Below are positions 1 through 13,883 of a stretch of DNA of 64,000 nt, in pieces (the stretch's first letter is position 1; the number at the start of each line of letters is the position of its first letter). Source of the DNA: the human T2T-CHM13v2.0 reference genome, Homo sapiens. The stretch lies in NCBI RefSeq assembly GCF_009914755.1, contig NC_060925.1, one strand, 5' to 3'. Under the pieces are notes generated by a model. That model was not told where the DNA came from. It worked only from the letters and a program-made list of their open reading frames with translations, and did no database searches. The position numbers were made by a program, and so were the translations under genes.

Positions 1-333
1 AAGTTGATTGAATTATGTGGGATAACAGAGATGCCAACCCATCTTGACCCCGCAGTGTTAAGCCAATTCCTTTGATATTAGGCCATTGTATGCTAAGCTC
101 TTTTTTGAATTACTGTTAGAATAAAGTAAAAAGAAAGACCAGGAAGAGCAAGCAAGACACAAGTAGGCTTGTGCAAAAAATGAGAATTGGTGACATTAAT
201 AACAATAAAAATTATACATAAATTGCTATAGCACATCGTAATTCTCTAAGTGTTTATCTAAAGATGATTTGATCTTTTTAATAATCTTTTGAGGAAGATT
301 GAACAAGTCATTTTATAGAATAGAAAGTTAAAT

Positions 334-607
334 CAGGTGTTGTAGAGCAGTAATAGGCATTTTTTGCCAGTATAATATTTAATAAAACATTCAATTAGAT
401 GTCAATAGTTTAAAATTTGGAGATTTCACATAAAAACTCAGATATCTGACTTATCTAGAAAGTTGAAAGTTCTGGTACCACTGGATGACACTGGGCCAAT
501 ATTCCCCTGACAACACAGTAGCACTTCCTATTGTCTTATACCCACACTCCTCATTCATTAATCTTTACTAGCTTGGTCATTTTAGGCATTTGATTTTTGA
601 ACCCCTG
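334..607. mobile_element. hAT-Charlie MITE (MER102-like)
   Basis: CAGGTGT...ACCCCTG termini; internal GGAGATTTCACATAAAAA and terminal GGCATTTGA..TTGA.ACCCCTG resemble MER102. Confidence 0.55.
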
Positions 608-1469
608 GTGTAAAAGGATTTTCATACTGCCATGCCCTGAGTTCATGACAGAGGTAGGCCTAGAGTGCAGGTCTGTGGCTTGTATTCTTTTACCATAAAA
701 TGTTTACATTGAACTGATGTATGGCTAACACATCCTTCTTTCCTCTCCTCCAAGAGCCTTCTGCTCCCCTGAACTTCTCACAATTGCCCAAGAGCTCACG
801 CATTCCCATGTCCCCATACGCTTGATGCTGTTCCTTGTGCTTTTCATCCAGTCTACCTGCCACTCTCCCATCTCCCGACTAAACCTGAGTCCTAGTGCTC
901 CACTTAAAGTTCCCCTGCTCTCTGCAGCTGTCTCAGAGCCAATCTGCAACCTCCCTCCTCTCCCTCAACCATCATTTATTCAGACTCATCATTTGTTCAA
1001 TAAATGTCAAATAAGAGAATGAAGAAGGGATACAATAGTTTTAGGCTAATGCATTCGTCTGCACTGGATTGACTTTTTTCCCAAGGTCTATGTTGGGTGA
1101 CACATTATGACTTCCCTGTCTGTTTAAACTATGGGTCAGATTACTTCATAATAAAGATTTTGGAGAGAATGGCATCGAGCCACATTTATCCCAGGGAATG
1201 TGGACAAAGTTTGGGCAACTTCTTTTTTGAGGTAGTTCAGCATGACACTGTGGATTCAGCATTTTAAACTCATTTATTTGTCAAAAATGTTCCTTGCTTG
1301 GAACATGAGTTTCTTTACCACTTTGGTTTGGTAAACAGGGAAAACATTAATTCAAAGTCCAGAGAAGACAATACTCTGTTTTACCCCAGCAGGAGACAAA
1401 TCAGTGGCTGGCAGGGGAAATTATATATAGAAAAATGACACAGAAAAGATATGGACTGGCCCGAGTTAT

Positions 1470-1700
1470 TGATTCATCCCACAAACATTTTTTGATATTT
1501 ACTGTGTTCCAGACACTGAGCTAGGCCCTGGAGGTAAGCAGATATGTAAATACATAGGTGCAATGGATATTATGGGCATCTGTACATTATATGAGGGATA
1601 CAGAGGAGACAGCAATTAATTCTGCCCAATGAAATCAACAAAAGATACCTAAGTAATTTGACCAGTTAGCTGAGTCCTAAGGGACATAAGCATATTTTGT
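1470..1700 (-). mobile_element. L2 3' fragment
   Basis: ATTCATCCCACAAACATTTTTTGATATTTACTGTGTTCCAGACACTG matches the antisense L2 3' end. Confidence 0.6.
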
Positions 1701-1850
1701 ACTCACTTTGAAGATGACATTAAACACTTTAGCATTAAAAATAAATTTGGAAAATGGATCTCTCCTTCCTAAGGGTATAGATCATATGAAAAACACTTGA
1801 GAATATATTATGTGCATTTAAAAAAAGCACCTAGAAGATGCAAAATAAAG

Positions 1851-2075
1851 GAGTAGGAATATACAGTCTCCAGATTCTACCTGAATTCAATCTTGGTTCA
1901 ATTATTTGCTAGCAGTGTGATCTTGGAAAAGTTACTTAACTTCTTTGTGCCTCAGTTTTCTTCTCTGTTAAAATAGATAATGAAACTACCGCTGTGGTTA
2001 GTTATAGATGAGATAATATATATAAAATGTTTAGCACACTATCTGGTACATAGTAATAAAAAAATTAGTGATTAG
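1851..2075 (+). mobile_element. MIR SINE
   Basis: MIR core TGTGATCTTGGAAAAGTTACTTAACTTCTTTGTGCCTCAGTTTTC. Confidence 0.8.
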
Positions 2076-3145
2076 CATTACTATAACATAATCTAGTATA
2101 AGCCCGTACACTGTTTTTCTTTGAAATAGCCAGCATCAAAATAAGATCATATAATTCAAAGCACTTATTAATAAAAACTTAATTAAAACAAAAGAAGAAA
2201 TCTCAAACCTAATATGCCTTGCATCATTTATGTGTCAGCTTTGCATTTTATTCTCACTCATCTTAGATAATGAAATGAGACCAGGTCCCATAATTGCCCT
2301 TCTGTAACTAACTGTTCAGTTTCTTGAATTTTTCAGTGAGGTTCGTCTTCCCATTGTAATGAATTACTGTAATGCTACTGTGCTGTGGCTTCCAGTACTG
2401 CATATTACCAGTGAGAACCATTCTCAGCAATAAATTAATTTTCAAACCTTGATGAACATTGTGAATCCTACATTTTCTTAAATTGTGAATCTTAAATAAG
2501 CACACACATACATATGTACATATATGCATCCCTTTTAGTAGTATGTGTTATACTCTCCATTTGAATTGATTATTTTTATTGATACATATATTTATTTGAC
2601 TAAGAACATTTTAGGAATATTGAAAATAATATCAACATTCTTCTGGAAAAGTCTCAAAAATCTTTTATTTCCTATTAATTCTTTGGTTATTCCTATAAAA
2701 TTCAGATGAAACTGATTATTCAGTCTCTTCTAGATAGGGTAAAATAAACTTTCTGAAAATCTCTCACAAGTGGGGACTCGACAGTCTCTTGATAACATAC
2801 CGTCCTTTAATTCTGTGCTTACCTACCAAAAATAATCTTAGGCTTTTCTATGTAATAAAAAGATATACAAATATATTAAAAATTATTTTTAATAAATCAT
2901 AAATATATTCATTTTAATAAATAATAATACTTTATCATTTTCTAATACCCACTTACACTGGAATAGTAAAAATTACCAAGTAGACACTATTTTCTTTTCT
3001 AAAGATACTTTTCATTTTACTAAATTGGGATCATTGACTATATTTCCATCTGGAAGGAAAGGACCTTGCCTTATATTGCTATTTCTGTGTCACCCCTTGG
3101 ATTAGCACACGGCTGAGGCAGCTATGTTTTGAGAATTGAGTGTGA

Positions 3146-3445
3146 GGCTGGGTATGGTGGCTCATGCCTATAATCCCAGCACTTTGGGAGACCAAGGTGG
3201 GTGGATCACTTGAGGTCAGGTGTTAAGAGACCAGCCTGGCCAATATGGTGAAACCCCATCTCTACTAAAAGTGCAAAAATTAGCTGGATGTGATGGTGTG
3301 TGCCAGTAATCCCAGCTACTCGGGAGGCTGAGGCAGGAGAATCGCTTGAAGCTGGGAGGCGGAGGTTGCAGTGAGCCGAGAGATTATGCCACTACACTCC
3401 AGCCTGGGCAACAGAGTGAGACTCTGTTTCAAAAAAAAAAAAAAA
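3146..3445 (+). mobile_element. AluS
   Basis: Full dimer, poly(A), TSD AGAATT(G/A)AGTGTGA. Confidence 0.95.
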
Positions 3446-4078
3446 GAATTAAGTGTGAGCTCCTTGAAATTCCTCCCTGGCTGTATTCCTCTGTTGTGTT
3501 CTGGGCTTTCTGCCAGGTTCTTGGGCAGTATCTCACTTCCATTCTTCCCATTTCCAAGTCTTCTTTTGCAGACTGACAAATTGTTTGTAATTTATTATAG
3601 AGAAATGTAGCTCTCTCGCCATCCAGTGCTGCTTACCAGACCACACCCAGGAGGACCTAGACTTTCTCAACTTGAGTGTCTCCTCTAGATTTATCTAGTT
3701 GTTTTCCTCAACAAAAGAACTATTCATAAGTGATATATGTGTTGCTCCTCCCAAGAAGGCAAAAATAGTCATCTTTTTTCATTTTTACAAAACAGCATAG
3801 CAGAATTTTTTTTCCCTCTCGGCTATGTAGATTTTTTTTTCAACAAATATGTTTAGAGTGTGTTGTCCGTGTAAAGCTTTTTACAGAACAAGTCATTCTT
3901 TCCTTCTAGTAACTCCCATCGCAGGAAGTGAACCCCAAGAAGGTGAAGCAGATAGCTACATAAATAAATTCTAGTGTTTTTCAGGAAAGAAAGAACTTCG
4001 GATGTGCTTGTGGAAACTCTGACAATTATGTTTGAGATATCATGGAGAATGGGGCAGAGGCAAGAATAGAGAGGAGTT

Positions 4079-5880
<1,802 letters not shown>

Positions 5881-6899
5881 TTATCTTCAACTTATTTAAT
5901 TTTAATTTACTTGGCCAATGATTACTGCTCACATGTATGTGCATACCATGTATACATCCTATATATGAAAGAAGCCTTCAAGAGTTTGTAGGTTAGTTGA
6001 TTTATATAATTTATAATTTCCATATATGTAGTTATAAATGTACCTCTAAACATGTACTGAGCAAATATTTATTGAACTCATTACATGTCAATCTTGTGCC
6101 AGATGTGATGGGCAAGTTGAAGCAAAGGCAATATTTTGTAAGAAATTTTTGCTTGGGTAAGATATTGGATGAAACTTTGATATTTGAGACCAAATCAATC
6201 TAAAAATAGCACAGTTTGCTTGATTTAAATGTCAGTAAGGAATCAAGGGGTCTGAGAAAATTAAAATCCCACCTCTAGAGTACAGTACATTGACAAAATG
6301 GGTTGAAATTACAAGTCAAATGCATGACCTTTCCATCTATTTAGCCCTATATTTTTTATACTTTGTTTTGATCATGTTATACTTGCATGACAAATAATAC
6401 ATATAATTTTGGCATGTTTCTAAAATCTGGTCTTGCTTCTTCAATGCCTGAATTCCATTTACATACATGACTATAAAGAGATATGTAGCCAACCAACTTT
6501 TTTTTAATACCACAATCAACAATAAAATAAATTAACTGTCTACTGCTCCTTAGGGAGCAAAAATGATTTCCTTTCCTTAATAAGTTTACAGAAAGCTTCT
6601 CCTATTATCCTTTTCTCTTTAGAAGAAGTAAAAAGATCATAACTAACACATGTATTTGGTTTGCTATTAGAAAATTTAAAAGCAAAATGTACAACATACA
6701 ACATACACAGCGATATTCATTTTGATTGTTTGAGGAACTCTAATTTTATTTTCCTCTGCCTTTTGTTTTGCAAACAGTTGCTTTAGAAAAGGTGAAAATA
6801 CAGTCATTCTCGATGTTTAAATAAAGCTATATTTTTAAGACAGGAACATAAAAAGAGCCCATTTTTGCTAAATGGTTAGATTTAATTAGAAGAGGGTGA

Positions 6900-7120
6900 T
6901 TCTAAAAAGGAAACAAACAGAAAGCTGTAGAACAGCCCAGTCCTGCTCACTGCAGCCCAATCCTGATTCAGCAAATAGGTATTTGCCAGTAGCAATGAGC
7001 ATTGTGTACTACAATGACGGTGCTGCTTAACTCGATACTGTTCCCACACCTCAGTTAGTCGGGCCCAGTGCGTGGGTAAATCATGAAGTCACTGGGTACT
7101 TGAGCAAAATATTGGAAGCA
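6900..7120 (+). promoter_or_regulatory. Candidate non-CpG-island promoter/enhancer
   Basis: Repeat-free block with CCAAT (about 6957), AP-1-like TGATTCA (6964), inverted FOX-like pair GCAAATA-GG-TATTTGC (6971-6986) and three alternating SOX-like cores (6992-7016), followed downstream by strong splice donors. Confidence 0.5.
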
Positions 7121-7653
7121 ATGGAGGTTATGAGGGTTTAGAGACAGGTGGAACTGGCTACCTGATCACAGCCACACCCAACTTTTAAAATGTACCTGGC
7201 AACAAAATTCATGCCAATATGACACCTGTCTGCTTAGGAAATTCCTGACGAAACACAGAAGGGCAGGCTTGGGATCTTAATAGTGTTGTGACTGTGATTT
7301 CCCCAGGAGCCTCTCTGGAAAAGGCTCAATACTCTTTTCTCACTTGTTTGCCAGTTGGAATTTGAAGAGAGCTTGATAACTGTGTTCTATGTGGATCCAG
7401 CATTACAACTGATAAGGTAAGGGCAATTATATCTCTTTGTTTGATCATTAAAGTCAGAGTATAAAGAAATCCCCTACTACTCCATCTTCCCTTTCAAATG
7501 TAGATTACTAGGGCAATCTTGCCAGTGTATTTCAGGATCTTGAACTTGAGGGATAGAATTGTCTGGTGCCTGCTCTAAAAAGAGATAGCCAGCCCCTGCA
7601 ATAGCTGTCGGTACAGTTTCTGGCTAATGAAATGCAGAGAAATGAGGAAGATG
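7120..7653 (+). other. ADGRL2: Probable non-coding alternative first exon(s), tentatively of ADGRL2/latrophilin-2; start coordinate approximate
   Basis: Consensus donors AAG|GTAAGG (7416/7417) and ATG|GTGAGC (7653/7654) in unique sequence downstream of a motif cluster. The gene assignment rests on my recollection of an ST13 pseudogene in the ADGRL2 5' region and is not shown by the sequence. Confidence 0.4.
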
Positions 7654-8479
7654 GTGAGCTGTGCTTGTGTGGTAACGGGTGATTTCAGAGGAAAATGTCA
7701 AAGCAGCTCATCTCCCGAGGCCCTACATGATGATGTTTTAGTAGCCACCTTTATTCAAGATTTAAATTTATGAAAAGAGAATCATAACGATATCTTAATT
7801 GCTCTGAAGATGTCTTTTCAAAAGAATTGTCACAGGAAGATTTCCTTCAGAGGAACGGAGAAACCAAAGGAGATGGCTTTATTGTGGAAGAGTTGAGGAA
7901 AGCCTTCTGTCCTAGAAGTTAACATTTACGGATCTCTCTGGCAAATAATAGTCTCCGTTTCAAGTCCATTATGTTTGATAAGGATTCAAAAAGTCTTAAT
8001 CGAATCTAGCAGTCATTGCTGCTTGTTTCTTTCCTAATCTCCCTGATTTTGAATTATAAGATCTTTGTCTCTTAAAATAAAACATCATTTGTTAAAGCCT
8101 TTTCAAAATTAAGACCAAAACCGTCACAACTAATTGTTTCTTGGCATCAAATAAACAAATTTTTAAAGTTTGATGAATTGTTTGTAAGCTCTAATCAAGT
8201 GCGTGGTGTCATAAAAGAGGGGAGGGAACCCACTGAAACAATATATGTAATTTGTTTGCATTAGTATTTGAGATAATTACAAAGCAAGTGTTCAAAAGCT
8301 GTTCTGTATACTCCAGAAGGGGGAAAGATAGGAGAGGAAAAGCATAAGAACACCCAGCCATTGTCAGCTGCTCTCTAAAATATTGCCGGATTCACAATTG
8401 TCGAACATTAGCACTACTAAGAATGCTGGGGACAGAGTGTCATGTTGAATGTAGAGTGATGACTTCATAGGAAGGCAAA

Positions 8480-8720
8480 GCTGAAGATATGACCAGTTTG
8501 CAGTCACAGAAAAATCAGCTTTAATTAATTTGAGTGCCAGCTCTGTGTATAATTACACAGCATGAGAGTTTGCATGCAAATGCAGAAATGCTGATTGTTC
8601 AAATACTTGCACTTGCTCATTAATACGTTGGGACTAAGCAGGGCTGGCAAGCAGACAGGGTACGGCACACACGGTGCCTGCAGGCTAATTTGTATTATAC
8701 TGTAGTTAGCAAACAGATTT
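8480..8720. promoter_or_regulatory. Candidate developmental enhancer (POU/homeodomain/SOX/NFI motifs)
   Basis: TTAATTAA (8521-8528), CTGTGTA-TAAT-TACACAG (8543-8560), palindrome TTTGCATGCAAA overlapping the octamer ATGCAAAT (8569-8581), ATTGTT and TGCCA/TGGCA half sites; repeat-free. Confidence 0.5.
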
Positions 8721-11700
8721 CAGATGTTTCTCCTTTCTTTAAATAATAAGCACAAAAATATGTATGTCATTTTCATCGGTGGCATACCTTGTTTTCTTTT
8801 TGATTAAAATAAAATGTTTTTGGTTTCTGAAAAAGTGTTGAGGGTACATTAAACATTACTAGAACACTGATTTATAACCATTGATGCCAGGTCTGGGATA
8901 TTTCTATTTGACATTTCATGTAATTGTCCAAACTGATCATATTTCATAATTAGTGAAACTATATTCAAACAATATAAGTTTATGATTAAATCCCATGGAG
9001 GAACAAAGGGAGAGACACAGTTGTATTGCCTACTTTTCTGTCGAATCTAGTATCTTGTAGTCAGCATTGGCTGGGTCCAGAAGCTTCAGTAGAACTGATT
9101 TCTTTGTGAAAGTACCTAATCCTAAAATGTCCTGCGGTGAGATTTTCCATTCTGACCACTGAATCTTTTCAGAGATCAGCTTCAACCAAATTCCCAACTA
9201 TCTGGACAACACCCTAGGGGAAAGAGTCTGCCTAAATCACTACACCAGGAACATCTGATAATTTATTAAGGAATTTGCCCAAGTTCCCCAAATCTGGTAC
9301 TACTATCAATGCTGTCTGTTTTCTTGCCAACATTTCAATGCTTTTCAGTTCTACAAATATTTATGGAGCACCCATTTCTGTTAGACACTGCAAAGCAGAG
9401 GATGTACTATAGTAAGCCAGATAGATACAGTCTCTGCATTGGCTATCTCTTTTCTCCCAGGAATTGTCTCAGGAAGGAACCTACGTCAGTTCCCTGGGAC
9501 ATAGATGTTTTTAGCAGTCATTACCTTGGGGGAAAGCCCACATTACAGAAACTTGAATCTATGGCCTTCCATAAATACAGTTTTCATGGTCCTTCTGGGA
9601 CTCTCTGATATTCTTTCAACCCTATTCTTGTGTAAGATGAAGGAAGCTACCTCTGTCTTGAGGGTTGAATGGAAATTTAATGGATATGTGAAAGAGTCTA
9701 TTAGGCAAGCCCAAAAGTTTTATAAGAATATATTGAAGAGGAAGGCTGTCATACCTTTCCCTGAAAGCCTATATCTGTAAGAATAGTCATTTCTCAAGGA
9801 AAAAGGGTGAACACAACATGTAGGTGGATATGGGGCACTTTACACCATTGGGTCTGACCACAAGTAGGCAGGCATCTACCTACGTGTTTTCAATATGACC
9901 AGCTGAGAAACACCAGCTAGACAGCATCACCCCTTCTTTCTAAAAACTCTGCCAATGTACATGTACAAAGATGGAAGGTGACAATAAAAACACTCATACA
10001 TACCACCTAAGCTTCCACTTCACTTTCAGAGTAGTCATAACCTTCTCATGCTACATATCACAAGTATGCAAGAAGGAAGAAGAAAATCCAGGATGGTGAA
10101 AGAACTCCAGGGTATCTTCATGATGTACAACACAGTAATTTCGGAACAGTGGTTTTCAGAGAACAACTATGAATTGCAAGTACCCTGAGCTCAAACAACT
10201 TTTCCTTATGGCTCTGTCATGGTCAGACACACATGATTAGGAAACAAAACAAAAACAAAAAGAAAAACAAATTTCCAAAATATGTATGAATTAAGAAAAC
10301 ACCATCTTGCTGGGACCAAAATATTAAAAAATATTTGTTATATGGATTACTGGTATCTTTACCAAGGAGAGTTAAAAAACATCTTAAGGGCTTTTGCCTA
10401 TAAGAAATGAATTCTAATGGGGTTATGGTAATATATGAAAGGAACCATATTCACAGATGATGCAAGTAATTTCATGAAGCTACTAAGGGATAGGAGGGAA
10501 AGATAATACATTTGTAAAGAAGAAAGTAGAGAATTTATTCTGCAACTAGAAAGTTTTCAGGAAACCTGAGAACACTCTAGCTACAGAGATGAAGAAAGCA
10601 TGTAACCCAGTGTAGAAGCACAACACACTGGGGTAGTTCAGGATGGTCAATCGCGCTGATTAATACAGCGTGAGAACCATAGAAGGAATGAAAGCAGCTA
10701 GTGAGTCAGCAATGATTAGGTCAACAAAAACTGTTTCCTCAGATTTGTGGGCTGAAATATGTATTCCACAGAAGACATATTTCAAGGGCATGAGAAGAAT
10801 GAAGGGGAGAATAATTGAAGATAGCAAATGTGAGGAATCTGTACCCAGAAAGTGAAGCGGGAGAAGTAAGCAAGAAAAGTTTTAGGCAAGTGGAGATTTG
10901 AGCATGTTTGCAGAAGGGAAGAAATTAGTGGAGCAGGGGCAATTGGAGTTGTTAGGGGAAATGTGTGATTAATGGAACAGGAGTTGGGGAGAATCCAGGT
11001 AGTTATGCTAGCTAGAGAGTTTTTGTTTTCTGTTGTTGTTGTTGTTGTTGTCTTATTCCAAGAGAGAAGGACAGGAAAAGAGGATGGTGTCAGGAAATCT
11101 GAGGTGGAGGCGAGGAAAGTTATGAGAGTATGTGCCAGATGCCTTTGGTCCAGTGTGGACATTGGTGAGATCATCTCCTGGGAGAGTAAGTATAGGAAAG
11201 GGTGGAAATGACACAGAGATAAAAACAACTTTATTCTCGTACCGAAGAAAAGGAAGAGCAAAATAATGTAAAACAATTTACAATGAAAATGGGTAAAAAA
11301 ATGTAAGGAGAATGAAGAAATGGAAACTGGTTATTATAAAGTTTCACTTAAACATTAACTTGTGCCAAGGTTAAATGAGTAATGAGTCTGGACTTAGGAT
11401 TACCTAACAGTCTCTAAGTTTACATTTTCCAATATCAGCCCACCAAAAGTAATGGGTTTTTTTGTTTGTTTGTTTTATTTTTAGTTTAGTGCTCTTGTAT
11501 TCTACACTAAGGAAGGAAGTGTGGGGCAGATATCTGCATATGAAGTAAAGGAGGCCAATAAGCCACAAAAGAGCTTAGTCTTTAAGGAAAAACCCATCAT
11601 CTCTCTGGAGCTACCCCTTTCCCCTGCTCATCTTTGGCCTTGCTGGTAACAGTAAATGTATTTATTTAACTACATGACACAAGCCTGTATGGGGATGCTT

Positions 11701-12644
11701 AGGCCTCCCTTCATCATCATACTTCCCCTCTTACACAACCCAGATTTCTGTTGGCTCATACCACCTGGGTGAAACACCAAATTCAGGGCAGCCATCTCCT
11801 AAAAACCAGTTAAATCTAATACCTGTGCATTACTTGGCAAAAAGAGAAGGCCCTAAAAGTCTGACTGTCTGCTTAATGCGTCTGGAATTACCATTAGCAT
11901 TTAGGATAGGTGCATTCTTAGGCTTAGCTGGCTAGTCCGGTTTTCCTGCCTCAAGACAGAGCATAGCACATCAGTCACTAAGTGGCTGCCAGTGGACACA
12001 GGGCATCCCCTGGGAGCGGCGGGCCTGGATATGGTCTAACAGGGGCGCTGAGCATTGAGATTCCTGGAGAGATTAGTGGTAGTGGTATGTGGATGTCTGG
12101 GCCTTCAAGGACCAGATAGTAATCAGTAGGAAAAGGAACAACACAAAAATGGTCCCAGAATACTTCCAGCCTGCCATTTGCTGCTGCTTCCAATTTCCTT
12201 CTTCTTTGGTCCTCTTTCTCTGCTTTCCTCTTCCCCACCTTTCCCAGATCCCAAGTCTAAGGGTCTTGTTGACCAGGTAAAACAGTTTGTAACATGTGGC
12301 AAATAGAGAATGTTGAAGATTTTTAAACAAAGGAATGAAACTCACCTTAATTCAAAACCAAAGATATCTTGAGGAGCTACTTTATGTCAGGCACTGGAGT
12401 GTATGTAGGGGATTTGAAGATAAACATATCAGGCCTTTTACTTAAGGAATTCATCATCTAATGGAAAGACAAAACTGTTAAACTCAAATACTGGATGACA
12501 TAGGGGTACTGAAGAGAGGAAACGAGGATGATGGCAGAAAAAGACACTTCTGCAGAAAAAGAAAAATACTGGCAAAGCAAATGTCTGAAGCAAATGCATG
12601 TAGATATGGGAATGCACATAAACATGAACAAAACAGTGTTGTTG

Positions 12645-12938
12645 TTTTTTTTTAATTTTATTTATTTATTTATTTATTGAGACAGAGTCCCGCTCTGTCG
12701 CCCAGGCTGGAATGCAGTGGTGCAATCTCGGCTCACTGCAACCTCCACCTCTCGGGTTCAAGCAGTTCTCTGCCTCATCCTCCCAAGTAGCTGGGATTAC
12801 AGGCATCCGCCACCATGCCCCACTAATTTTTGTATTTTTAGTATTGGCCAGGCTGGTCTTGAACTCCTGACCTTGTGATCTACCTGCCTTGGCCTCCTAA
12901 GGTGCTGGGATTATAGGCATGAGCCACCACGCCCAGCC
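12645..12938 (-). mobile_element. AluS with (TTTA)n tail
   Basis: Antisense Alu dimer with a small internal deletion. Confidence 0.93.
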
Positions 12939-12993
12939 CTGTGTATTATTTTTCTGGCAGCAATGTATAATGTTGTTTGGATGCAGAAAAGCC

Positions 12994-13153
12994 TACAGGT
13001 GTGCATCACCATGCCAGGCTAATTTTTGTGTTTTTAGTGGAGACGGGGTTTCACCATGTTGGCCAGACTGGTCTCGAACCCCTGACCTCAGGTGATCTGC
13101 CCATCTCTGCCTCCCAAAGTGCTGGGATTACAGGCGTGAGCCATGCGCCCGGC
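12994..13153 (-). mobile_element. Truncated AluS (left arm plus start of right arm, no tail)
   Basis: Antisense Alu from TACAGGTGTGC to GCGCCCGGC. Confidence 0.9.
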
Positions 13154-13242
13154 TGGGAGCAGCTCTTAAACGGCAAAATTCCTGTAGCCAGGTCAGCCTG
13201 TGAAAGAACAGCAGGAAGCCAGCCTATAGAAAAGAGGTGAAG

Positions 13243-13530
13243 GGCTGGGCGCAGTGGCTCACACCTATAATCCCAGCACTTTGGGAGGCTGCAATGGGAG
13301 GATCGCTTGAGGCCAGGAGTTTGAGACTGGCCTAGGCAACAGCAAGATTCCACCGCTATAAAAAATTTAAAAGGTTAGATAAACATGGTGGTAGTCTCAG
13401 ATATTCAGGAGGCTGAAGCAGGAGGATCGCTTGAGCCCAGGAGTTCGAGATTGCAGTGAACTGTGATCATGTGAGCTATATGCACTCCAGCCTAAGAGAC
13501 AGAGCAAGACCTTATCTTTAAAAACAAAAA
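13243..13530 (+). mobile_element. AluJ
   Basis: GGAGGATCGCTTGAG(G/C)CCAGGAG in both arms. Confidence 0.9.
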
Positions 13531-13536
13531 TTTTGG

Positions 13537-13883
<347 letters not shown>

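Noticed and set aside
10782-11276. 164-aa minus-strand ORF
   Set aside because: No recognisable domain; purine-skewed old-repeat-like sequence containing a (GTT)n run.
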